Assembly (NCBI GenBank): GCA_038496445.1
Contig: JALMLS010000414.1
Location: 62,001-126,000 of the forward strand
Direction: 5' to 3'
DNA: 64,000 nt
Source of the DNA: Trichosphaerium sp. ATCC 40318
Lineage: Eukaryota; Protista; Tubulinea
Shown here: in pieces, positions 42,403-53,907 of the stretch
Position numbering within the stretch: position 1 is the stretch's first letter
How the letters are laid out: every line of letters starts with the position of its first letter
Made by a program: the position numbers and the translations under genes
The notes under the pieces: generated by a model
Seen by the model: only the letters and a program-made list of their open reading frames with translations
What the model was told of the DNA's origin: nothing
Databases searched by the model: none

Positions 42403-43588
42403 ATGTTGTACTGGGTTTCTATTTACATTCCTAACACAGCAATACCTGGACTTCCTCCGTTTAACGAATATCCTGTACTTATCATTGGTAAATATGTTCG
42501 TGGCAAGACAGGTATTCTAGCATCTATGGAGGCATGTTTGAACATAGTACTTTTTTTTTTTTACTTTGTGATTTTCCTTGTTCTTACTGCCTGTTTGTAC
42601 TAATTTTTTAATAAGGGCCTACTAGATAAGAGTGAAGTTGTATCCAAGATTCAATATTTGACAAATTGGGCGACAATGGCAGTAGCGAAACAGAGTGTTG
42701 ATTTTACAGCAGTACATCTTGTACGACTTTTTTCTGAGAAATTTCAAGGCATATTGAACGAAGCATTCTATCGCAGTAAGGTAACGAACAAACAATATAC
42801 AACCACCAAGGGGGTAGATATGATTTCACAACTTCCTCCAGGTATTTATATCCTTTGCAACAGCGTGAAAAAAGAGAACCATTTCACAAAAAAAAAACCC
42901 TCACGCTTTTTCCCTTTTTGCGATTCTCCAGAGTTTTATCTTTTATGTGTTATACTACAGTATTTTTTGTCAATGAAATGCTGACATACGCTAATGTTTC
43001 TGTTTAGAGGTAGTCACAATTGTGCTTGAACATCTCGATTGTGTTTCTTCAAAATGTCTCTTAACAGCGTGCCAAGCTATATATCAAGCTGCTAAACCAA
43101 ACATACAAAACTTTTCTGTTGCAGAAATATCATCAGCTAGCAATGTTGACATCCTAAAACATGCCAAAAATATTGACATTAGATTAATGCATCACAAAGA
43201 GGCAAACTGCTTGTTACAATGTTTATCAAACAATTCACCTAACATCAAGACAGTTATTGCACATGGTAGGAGTATTTCTTATGTTAAGAAGTACTTACCA
43301 AAGGCTAAGATCATAAAGGAAAAAAATTACATCACATTCTTTGTATCAACACAATATAGACTTAAGTGTATCAGACATGGAGAATCAAGTGCATCAGTTT
43401 GGCTTACATCATCAGTACCACTTTATGAGAAATTCATTGTCTTTGCGTATTTTCTACAAAAGTTCCCAGAGATAAGGTTGATTCAACTTTACAATAACTA
43501 TCATTCCATATCACATGTTATGAAGAAATTGTGTCAAGAATTGAATTGTACTTTATTCTTTTGCAACTCCAAACCTACATCTCAGTAG
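42403..43588 (+). CDS. F-box protein (central F-box, LRR-like C-terminal region)
   Basis: Splicing the intron between about 42842 and 43008 yields ISQLPPEVVTIVLEHLDCVSSKCLLTACQ, an F-box motif. Confidence 0.7.
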
Positions 43589-44140
43589 ATCAAGTTTAAA
43601 TGACAACTTGTTCACTGCACTATTGTAAAGAGAAAATAAAAGTTTGATGAAAGTGTTTAAAGATGTTACCACGTACGTTAGAAACGTTTCTTGTAACGCT
43701 ACCAGAGAAATGTGTTCCTTGACACAAGAAACAGAATATTTCAACACACGGACTGCAAATGGTACCTGTGCCTGATGCAGAGTGTTTGTATTCTACATGG
43801 TTAGACTGGAACAACATCAATAGATATAAAGCAGTAATTAGCACATTAGATTTCATCCTTCAGAAACGTAGTACATACCTTGTACGTCAAGTCATTCTTT
43901 CAAACAAAAGTCAGTATTTTGAGAAACAGAAAAGTTTGATCTAATATACTGTGCCACGTGCTTCTTGTAACAATACTAGGAGGGGGAAAAAAGAAGTGTG
44001 GCGAGCAGTGTAACGTACTTCGATAAAGAAAGAACAATCTTGTCTGTTGGCAGTACCAAAGCACTAAGTAAAAGAGGTCACGCTGGCGAAAAAAGAAAAT
44101 TAAAACTTAGGGTTGATGCATTTGCTGCCCAAACTCGTCA

Positions 44141-45708
44141 ATGTTAGTCAACCATACTTTAGAAGAAGTTTATTTAGACTGTTCACGCCATCGACTTTAC
44201 AACCTAATCAAAGACGAAAAGATGCTCTGGAATACCAACAAAACAAACTTACCAGTAAAACGTCCCTACAAGAAGACACAGAATGCTTCGGAATCGCTTT
44301 GCCACCTATTGAACCTTCCAGTGGAGTTACAGCTGGATATTATTGACGAGGACTTTAGTGTTTATAAAACTTATCCTCTATTATCTAAATATGCAGCAAT
44401 GATAACAAGATACGATTCAGAGCTACGAAAACACGGTAAATGGAAGAAATTTGAAAAAAGAAACCGACTACAAATATTGGTACTAGCGCAAGAAAGAACC
44501 ACTTTTTTTCTGGTTTTCTTGTATTACCTTTTTAGGAAAGTCATGAAAAACTGCAACTAATGAGATTTTCTTTCAGGCTGAAGATAATTGGAGACATGGT
44601 CAGTTATATGGAGTTTACAAAAGGTGGCATTCATCCCATGCAAACCACAGTACGAGAAAAGGCACAGAGTTTTATGAAAGTGGTCAATTGTTGAAGCAGT
44701 GTTCATATATCAATGGTGAACTACAAGGCGAGTATAAGGAGTGGTTTGACAATGGGCAGCTGAAGCAGAAGTGCAATTATGTTAATGGCGAATATGAAGG
44801 AGAGTACACAGAGTGGGATTACGGAGGAGATCTTTGTAAGCAGTGTAATTATGTCAATGGTAAAAAAGAAGGAGTGTACAAGCAGTGGCATGTTACTTTG
44901 GCACAATACTCTAACTATACACATGACAAGCGTGAAGGATTCTACATCTCATGGCATTTTAATGGTCAGGTATGGGAGGTTTGTAACTATGTAAGTGGAC
45001 AGTGTGAAGGAGAGTACAAGTGTTATGATCGTGATGGTTGTTTGTTAGAGCATAGTCATTATGTTGATGGAAAACGTCAAGGAGATTTCAAGAGATGGCA
45101 TAGCAGTGATCAACTTAAAGTACATTGCCAGTATCTCCAAGATAAAAAAGAAGGCGATTTCAAAGAGTGGTATGAAAATGGACAATTGTATCGCCATAGT
45201 CATTACGTACTTGGGTCTAGAATAGGTGTAAGTAAGTGGTGGTATATAAGTGGCGTTTTGAAAACAAAAATATAGTATAACCAAGATGGTAAAGAAGAAG
45301 GAAAATGGCGCCTTGATGAAACAATAGAGTATGGCCAATGGCATCAACATTGCAGAAAAAGAGTGGTATGAAAACGGAGTCTGTAAATCAGAGAGTACCG
45401 CTGATAATGGCAAGTCTAAAAGGAAGGTTATTTCATACTATGAAAGTGGAAAAATTAGCAAGATCACGCTCCTCAACAAAGAGCATGAAGACATAAAGGA
45501 ATATCATGAGAATGGTAAAATTAAGAGAACCTCACATAAGTACTGCGAAAAGTTACATGGAGAGCTAAAGGAGTGGACTAGTGATGGTCAATTAGTTAAC
45601 AGTATTGATTATGGGTCAATAAACGCATATTGGCTTGGAGAATTAGGGCTATATTGGCCGTTTGTGTTTTTATTTGTATACATTCTGTGGTGGATTCTGG
45701 GTTGGTAA
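44141..45708 (+). pseudogene. F-box-like, long MORN-variant repeat array and C-terminal TM; disrupted near 45273-45331
   Basis: LLNLPVELQLDII motif resembles the gene at 13238. About 10 MORN-like repeats. In-frame TAG at 45273 and frame changes before ORF 45331-45708. Confidence 0.7.
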
Positions 45709-45949
45709 ACTAAGTACTGCTATATAAACAATCTATAAAGAAATAAACAACCTACTGACTCTCTGTATTATCAATAAGTAATCCACATACATCATTACGT
45801 GAAGCTTCAGATCCAACCAGAACCTTGTTGATTGCATGAAGATAAACTAATGATGATAGTAAAGTGTAGGCAGTTCATTCAGCTACTGCTTAACCACGTG
45901 GCGAAGCACAAATAATTACCTCAATGATTGCATTACCTCCACCTCTAAC

Positions 45950-47683
45950 GTATAAAGCCGAAGAATCAATTTCAAAAAAATTTCTGTTGAAACAACTGGT
46001 ACTCATACGTCAAAAAGCACTTTCTATTTCAAAGAAAACTGTAAATTGCAAGTTTTTATTGGTAGTTATTTTTAAGTTGTCTCAAGGTACAGCGGCCATT
46101 ACCTCGAATGGTATACAATCATTTAAACGGCGAGGGCATGTTGTTGTTATAACAGGCGGACATGTTTCATCTTCACATTGGGCTACTTCAAAAACAGCTG
46201 GGTCTGCACGAGAACAGCAACTACAAAAAAATATCAGAAAAAATGTTGAAACTATGATTGTCTATTGACCTGTCAGTAGCTCCTGCGCCAGTTATTCGTC
46301 CATTAGTTATACCCATGTTCTGAGTGAGGCTTTCAACTAGAATTCTATCATCTCCACCAGCAGCATTTATAGCATTCCGAACTGCTGAGGATGGTTCTAA
46401 AGTTAAGTTAGTAATAAATCTTGAAAACAAAGTTAAGCTATTTCGCACGTATTGTCACTTCTTCTACAATTATTACATCATCACCAGCACCCCCTACTAT
46501 GTTATTCATCAAAGAACACCTAGCATATATAATATCATTATCACTACTGCCTACGACAAGTTTGAGGAAAGCCTTTAAAAGGTAAAGTAATACTGATACC
46601 TGAAATAAGGAGTACAGAACTGGTTTGAACATCAATACAATCATCACCAGTTCCAGAATTAATATTTCCCATAAATGATGGATTGCCACCGTAAGGATAT
46701 ACTCTAATACAATCGTTGCCACCTGAGTCTCCAATATTCGACCTATCACATACAATTTAACAACAGACTTGTGCGCATGTAAAATATCTCATCCGTACGG
46801 TGTCGTTACCATCATCCCTCGCTTTCCCATCGATTGAGTTTCTTGCAACATACTTCCCTCTATTATAAAATCATCATCACCTCCACCTCCGGTAATGCCT
46901 GCAGCAGTCGCTTGAGTCACTCTTACACAATCATTTGCATCCCCTAAAAAAGGAGTCACAATTGAATAGCTTTTGTCAAAATTCTTTTTATGGTGTTTGT
47001 TTTTTACCTCCGTCTATACTTCCGGAAACTGTTGCCCCGTCCTGTACCATGATACAATCATCTCCATCCATACCTGAGATTGTGCCCACAGTTGCAGATG
47101 AACCTCTAACAAGGATGCAATCAGCCCTGCCCGTTCCAGTAATCGAATTAGATACATCTGATTCTACAATCACGCAAGTTACACCAAGGGTGCCCATCAT
47201 CACTAACAACGTGTGCTGGTTAGTAAGTGTACGAATGAGGGTAATTTGGAGTTAGTTGCGTTAAATTCTATTTTTATACGACAAACACGTGTGACAAAAA
47301 GAAAAAAAAAATTCCGCAGCAAATTGGGGTGCTAGACATAAAGACCACCAAAAAAGACCCCACGGAAAGGTTTTTGGACCTAGGGGACTATTTGTTTGTG
47401 CTACTGCAGATTTAAAAAGAAAATTGCTTGTAACATTCTTAACGCCACAAAACTACATTGTAACTCACCATCACCACCAGTTGCGGTTACAACCATACAA
47501 CTGTTTTCAAAATCGCAAGCATTACAAGCCATACATTCGCAATCACATGCAGACGCTTCCGGTAAAGGTGGTTGAGCGTGGTACATGCTTAGAACTAGTA
47601 TTGGGGTTAGTTTGTCTCAAAAATAGTTGGTAGATACAGATTGTAATCCACAGAATACAGATCACGTTTATTGCCCTTATCAT
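45950..47683 (-). pseudogene. Secreted Cys-rich protein with RTX/hemolysin-type Ca-binding repeats, apparently decayed
   Basis: GTGRADCILV, GMDGDDCIMV, GGGGDDDFII, SGGNDCIRV, SGTGDDCIDV, GGAGDDVIIV, AAGGDDRILV. Contains introns. Frame breaks near 46850 and 46740, and stops in the 3' part. Confidence 0.65.
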
Positions 47684-49576
47684 TGCTTCAGCTGTTGTAT
47701 TGTGCGTTATTCTTTCGTTTTTTATAAAAATCTCGGGAGGATGCTTGTGAATCCGTAACGGAGTTTTGTAGGTGATTTTCCTTCAAATTTTCACCCAGAC
47801 AACCCTGATACTTCTAGCAGGATTGTAAAACTCACATCTTTAAATGTGAGCCGCGTTCCCTCTTGTCAGGCAGAAAAGTTTTGTGAATCCTAATGTACAA
47901 ACCACACGTGAACATAGCACAAATGTTTGTTCATTGTTTACCAAGTGGCTTAAGCCTACAACTCTACGTTGCTAATGCTTTGGAGAGCTTTCACGTTATT
48001 GAGCCCACTTTTTTTGCTGTTTGAATGCTACGTTCCCGAATAACGCCTTACAACGAACACAGAAGGCGTTGCTTGAAGTTTGACACTTGATGGCTACAAT
48101 ACCTTCACACAAACTGCTTAAAAGGTACGTATCACGTGTTAATGTATTAATTAGTATGGCCTAGTGGTTGTTATCGTTTCTAACGTTATAAACACGTTCT
48201 AAAAAATCCGAGATCAAAAGTGTGACGAAAGGAACGCAGTAGCTACAAAGGACGCGATAGATTACAACTGCGCCAATTCTAACATTTACATGTTGACTTT
48301 TTGAAACTCATTGTACAGGCGACATTACCATACTCCAGTAGAGCTCTACAAGAGTAGATTTCAAAGCAATGGCCCTTCCAGGCATCCACAAAAAAGGTAA
48401 ATTAATGATGTGCTTGTAAATTGGCTCGCCCACCACCTTACAGGCATCACAGGTTCAAACATTAAAAAACATACTAGAGAATGACGGAAATTTTGACACG
48501 GAAAAAATTATAATTATTCATTTCAATATCATTGAAATGCTCGATAGATCGTCTTATTTCAATATACAAGCGCACATGTCCATTCACAGGGAAACTTAAT
48601 TTCTGTTGTTTGGTCGTCTCTGGCGGTACGTGATAAACGCAAAGCTACGAAGATAAAGAATTTTATGGACTCAAAGGAGTTCGCCAAATTCTCGCGCTCC
48701 AAATGCTGCAATGTGAAAGTATGGGTTGTACGTACGATGTTCAGCACCACTCTTGTGTCTATAAAGAATAACTAGAAGATTAAACGTTGTCTGAGGTGTG
48801 CACGAGCGCGTTGAAAAAAGGTGAAATTTGAGTGAGATACCCAAACTATCCAATATGCCGAAACATTCATTTTACGAAAAAAGATTAGATTCCTCGTCCG
48901 TTTGTAAGCAACCACAGATTTGGAGGAGACAACCTGTCTCATCCCGGCTTTTACCTTATTAGTCACGTAGCCAGAGACGGTGTCCCATTTATTAATGGGA
49001 GTAGCACCCATGTGTACATACAATACAAATAAAACTAAAAAACTTTTTTTTCGCTGTAATCTGTCATTGTTTAGGACTCGCTACTCTCAACGAAAGTTGT
49101 TTTCGTTAAACACTAGTTACTTAAAAATAATACACCTCGATTATCAAACTCCAGTAAAAATACGATTTCAACTGTCATAAATAAACATGGATTGTCCACC
49201 ACAAGCAACTGGTAAAAAATAAACAAAAAATGCAAGCTGCTATTTCGTTCAATAAAGGTAAGAACTAACAGAAACAGGTTGGAAAACCTAAATCTGTCAA
49301 AGCTCAACCTGGACATGCAAATCTGTACATTCTTGTTTTCTCAGCAAACTTGCCTGCGACACTATGCGTTTTGATGAATTTCATCCATTTTACAGGTGAA
49401 TAGTAAACGTTCACATTTTCAAACAAAAAACGCATGACACTGGATTAATGAACCACCCTTAAACACCATTCCAAATAAAACAGTTTCATCAAGATCAAAT
49501 GTTTTTTGATCTGGTTGCTTGTAAGGTTAAAACGTGAATCTTAAATATCTGAATGTTGGAGGCATATTCAATCATT

Positions 49577-49742
49577 TATCGTTTGATCTCAAAGTTGGTT
49601 GTTATATGTAAAATTAATATTTACCAGATGATCACGTGAACAACGTGAATGGCTATCGTTTGATATCGCATATCTTAAGGGTTACGGTTTCAATCATAAT
49701 CAAATGTTTATCGTTCGATCCAAAGTATATTTAGCGTTTGAT
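49577..49742. repeat. Four degenerate direct repeats TA(T/G)CGTT(T/C)GAT
   Basis: Copies at 49577, 49654, 49709 and 49732. Confidence 0.7.
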
Positions 49743-49779
49743 ACAAGTTGATGGTGACTATTGAAAGCTCATTTTTTTC

Positions 49780-49912
49780 GACTAAATTACGTGTTCCTCA
49801 AAACAATAAAGATCGTCTTTAAAAAGTCTCATTGTCAATTCCGCATTAACAGTTGTAGTATGAGAATTTTTAAAGACGATCTTTATTGTTTTGAGGAACA
49901 CGTAATTTAGTC
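49780..49912. repeat. 53-bp inverted repeat (1 mismatch) with 27-nt spacer
   Basis: 49780-49832 is the reverse complement of 49860-49912 except at one position. Confidence 0.95.
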
Positions 49913-50089
49913 TATCCTTGTTCAAGTACGTATAGGCCACCAATAACAATCAATTACGCATTAACAGTTGTTTAGGTGGTTGGGTAGTAATGCTTGGAGG
50001 AGCATCTGACATTGTTTCCAACAATGAAAAGTATACTTCTCAATTGTAGAAGGGTGATTTACAACATTGAAAATGTAATGCGCAAGTAT

Positions 50090-51506
50090 TTATTTTATTA
50101 TTCTAGTTTTTGGACCAACAGTACTTTGGAAGTATCTCAACAATATCAGTTGTATCATACGCAGACACTGCCAAATAAAAAGCGTCACCATCAAGTGGTT
50201 TTGTTTCTGACTTTTTTCCATTCTTTGAAAAACATACAGTTTTATTGTTCATGTCCAATGTAACACCAATACAATCACCTGTTTAGATACAACATAAGTA
50301 CAAACGGAGAAAAATAGGAATGATAAAATCTGGAAGAACAAAACGTTCTACTGCGATTAACAGAACGGACCTGCTTTCGAAGTTGGGAGCAAACCATTTA
50401 CTGTTTTTTGATCTGCTCTCAAGGAACCATCAACACATAAGTATCCCTTTCCTTTTTTATTCGTTTGATATCCAAGATAAGTATTGTATTCACATGGCAC
50501 AGGAGCAACTCCAAACAATAAATGTCCAGCACACATACGAACAATCCTAAAAGCTACACTTAAAAGAGTAGCTGTTTGAAATATGTACCTGCACTCCATG
50601 TGATGAACGCCTTTAGTCAACGCCTTGCGTGTACACAAAGTTTGCCAAACTAGAAACTATGAGCGTTTAAGGGAAGTATTAAAGGCAGTCAGTACCATTA
50701 TTTGATGCTACTTTTTCAAAGGTGCATTTGTTATGAAATACTAGAAAATCGCATTTGTTTTCAAAAGTCCACAACGGTGGTGCTTCCAACTTTTTCACCC
50801 TTTCAACAAGATCACTGACCTATCAAATAAAATAAACACAACAGTTTTTTGAAAATCGCATTTAGTTTCAAAAGTCCACAATGGTGGTGCTTCCAACTTT
50901 TTTACCCTTTCAACAAGATCGCTGACCTATCAAATAAGATAAACACAACAGTTTTTTAAAGTATGAAAGATAAGGACATACTACACTTTGAACACTTTGT
51001 GCTTCTCCACCTGTTACCTTCTCCAAAACAAACGGAAACTTTCTTTCACCAAAGTGATCTTTTTCTGAAACGACTATTGTCATCTCATCATCCTTTTCTT
51101 CCAATGTTATGCTAAAGCCGTGTTCCTGTTTGAGTGAATAAGACAATTAGACGGAAGGTATTCAAGCAGTAAACATAAATGAATCAGAAGAAACAAAACT
51201 TGTTCGCGATTAGATTTGAACAAAACAAAATAGCTTTGCGCTTGTATTCTGCTGGTCGCTCATTTGCACGTGGTTACGTACCTTTTTGGAAACAAAGTTG
51301 AATAACAGTATGAGATGCGCTTTATCTTGCATTCTACCACCTGTTATCGTCTTTACCCTGCTGTCTTCGGTAATATCAAGGAGAAACATTGAAAACAGCG
51401 ATTTAGCGTTAATTCTAACAACGCCTTCATTTGTATCGTGAGTGACTGTAATAATAAAGCCTCCTTCTTTGATAATAACGGTTTGCTCGTCAGGAACTGC
51501 AGCCAT
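50090..51506 (-). CDS. Head domain, coiled coil and SPRY protein (paralog B; contains an internal 107-bp duplication)
   Basis: MAAVPDEQTVIIKEGGFIITVTHDTNEGVVRINAKSLFSMFLLDITEDS is nearly identical to the gene at 28036, with the same intron positions. Confidence 0.8.
50744..50957. repeat. Tandem duplication, 2 x 107 bp, 6 differences
   Basis: 50744-50850 versus 50851-50957; spans an intron 3' end and the start of the next exon. Confidence 0.95.
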
Positions 51507-52303
51507 CTTTGTGATAGGAACTTGTTGTATTAACTTAACATAAAACAATGACTTAAATAAGTCTAAATCAGATACAAACTTGCGGAGTATTGTCTGGCCT
51601 ACAAACCCACGAATACTTGCACACAACTCACCTACAAAATGACTCCGCCTTGGTGGCACTTGGACAGGTTAGAGTCGGACAAGATGTACATCTACTACAA
51701 TATTGTAACTGAAACCAAACTCTTAGGTAGTTCCACAAACAACATGTTTTTCCACTCAGCGAAAGTATACAATATTGATTATCTTGTGTTTGTCGGAGGT
51801 TGGTTTTCAGTTATTGCAAGCACAGCAGGTTGATCATATGTTGTAGTATGATACATCTTGTGGCAGTACTTGATCTTCCACGTGAGATACAATAGTACAA
51901 GTATTCGACTTTGAAGCGGCAATGTTCCTGCTTTAAAAAACGCACTACCATAGCGAATAGGTGCCAGATACATGGCAATGGTAATTCACAGCTTTTTCTG
52001 TAATCAGTTCATTCTGTAATCCTGTGCGCCGCGCACTAGACCATCACAGAAGCGCTGACCATTTTACACAATTTTGACTAGTTTGTAGAATTTCGCCGAA
52101 TAATAATGCAAGCACAGACACTAGTACAATTACTCAGTTTCACGTATACATTGTGAAGTCACAAGTAAAGGTACTTACCGTTTGGTTGTTTTTCAGAGAA
52201 CTAGTCAGGAGGTCAAAGTTAGTAAATGAACATTTGTTCTAAAAAAAGACTTGTGTCAATAACAACAAGTACGTAGTGCGTCAAAACTACCTTAATATAA
52301 ACA

Positions 52304-53005
52304 ATGGATGACTGTATTACAAAAATATTAACCTATCTCCCTTTCCCGGACGGTTTGGGAGTATTTCTGTTTGTATCGAAGAAATGGAACCAACACGCAT
52401 CTAAAGTCGAACCACTGGCGACACAAAAGGCTATACAAACTCCTTGGATGCAATACGATCGAGAATGGTTAGGAAGTACCATACCAACGTTTGGAACTCC
52501 TGATACACTTGTACCGTGTTGGGTAATGGGAAATATGTTCCGAACAGCAGAAAAAGGCACCTTTGTCATCAGAAATTACGAAACGAAGAAAGACACTAAA
52601 TTCGTTGTTAAGACACAGAACCAAATCGAATTCGGTGAAGAATATTTTTTTTGTGGGTTTTCAAGCCACGGCAGTCTTTGTGGTTTTGGCGTTCTTGATG
52701 ACTTGGAGGTTCCAACAGAAATGTACCCGAACATGAAAGGAGATTGGGATCGAAAGAGAATATATACCTTGCTACTTTTTGTATCACGTATTCTCACGTG
52801 TGCTAAGGTTGAACCGACATATGAGAATGCAAGAGAACTTGTTTTGAAAACAGGAATTCATGGTTACTTTATGTTGCCTTTTGTTCAATTCTGGGATAGT
52901 GTACCTAATGAACAATATACGTATGACTGGGCTACAACAAAATTCGATTTAAATGAACTGCAGATGAGAATGTACGGTGAAGTACTGTACAAAGATTGCG
53001 AATAA
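52304..53005 (+). CDS. Intronless F-box-like protein with unknown C-terminal domain
   Basis: 233-aa ORF beginning MDDCITKILTYLP...LFVSKKWNQ, an F-box-like motif. Confidence 0.7.
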   Translation: MDDCITKILTYLPFPDGLGVFLFVSKKWNQHASKVEPLATQKAIQTPWMQYDREWLGSTIPTFGTPDTLVPCWVMGNMFRTAEKGTFVIRNYETKKDTKFVVKTQNQIEFGEEYFFCGFSSHGSLCGFGVLDDLEVPTEMYPNMKGDWDRKRIYTLLLFVSRILTCAKVEPTYENARELVLKTGIHGYFMLPFVQFWDSVPNEQYTYDWATTKFDLNELQMRMYGEVLYKDCE

Positions 53006-53517
53006 AATATGTAAAAGTAGTCCTGACTTTCAGAAAAAAAAATCTGTTTCTTACCACACGTGTAGTTTTCAATTTTTGCACGTGCGCATACCTTTTTTCG
53101 CATCTAACCTCTGCATGCAGGAATATTAGAGTTTTGAACACTGGAACTGTTCTTCTAGGTCTGACAACAAACTTGATCTCTTTTTGTTTTTTTGGATCCT
53201 GATTCTGAATGAAAACATACCACCAATAAGGGGTACACTGTAGTATCTGTACAGACGCGTTTTTCCGTACCAGCGCTGCACTGGGAGAGCATAGTACGTA
53301 TTATGAGATAGCATAACACAGCTGCATATTGACTTCCAGTGCTACCTCCATACTGACGCGGTAAGGTATTCTAGCGTAATGAAGTAGCTTGAAATCGTTT
53401 TAGTCGACGCACAAGTACTTACAAACGAATTGAGTTGCAAACTACGTAGAAAAGAAAACAATACGCATGCTGCTTACACAGCAATGCTAGTATTTTATTT
53501 ACACCCTTAGGGGCGTT

Positions 53518-53907
53518 TTATTGACCCATGCATGATATTTTGAGACAAATACCGACTGGTGGGCCACATACAGCATCTGGTACATGAGCTAGTTGGCAAA
53601 TAAACGCAATCCACAAACATACAACCTCGCATGCTTTAGGCCAATCACCAACGCTGAGTTGTTTCTGTAGTGCTGTTATATCTGTTGTTGCTTCTTTTTC
53701 TTCAGAAATTGCTACATCGTCTTGTACGGAAGGAGTGTAGTTATCGCAAGCTTGGTTGCAAGCAACGAAAGTAGCATTGCATATTTCAGGGTCGATATGA
53801 GCGTCTTTGCAAAGATCGTTAAACTGAGCGCATCCTTGTTTACAAGTGGTAGCAGTTGATAGGTATGCCAGAGAAGAGATTATAATGGCTACAATAAGGA
53901 CACGCAT
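53518..53907 (-). CDS. Small secreted protein with two 6-Cys modules
   Basis: Signal peptide; CX3CX6CX9CX6CX3C and CX3CX6CX9CX6CX4C separated by an acidic linker; AATAAA downstream. Confidence 0.8.
   Translation of the reverse strand: MRVLIVAIIISSLAYLSTATTCKQGCAQFNDLCKDAHIDPEICNATFVACNQACDNYTPSVQDDVAISEEKEATTDITALQKQLSVGDWPKACEVVCLWIAFICQLAHVPDAVCGPPVGICLKISCMGQ

Noticed and set aside
44480-44576. Apparent frameshift in the MORN gene after the first acceptor
   Set aside because: A downstream acceptor with a CTAAT branch site and TTTCAG restores the frame.
47700-49450. Short ORFs in a long spacer (similar ones at 55100-56350)
   Set aside because: No consistent splice structure or protein motif, and no tRNA or snRNA signature recognised.
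49577-49742. CRISPR-like array
   Set aside because: The repeats are only 11 bp and degenerate, spacing is irregular, there are no cas genes, and the context is eukaryotic.
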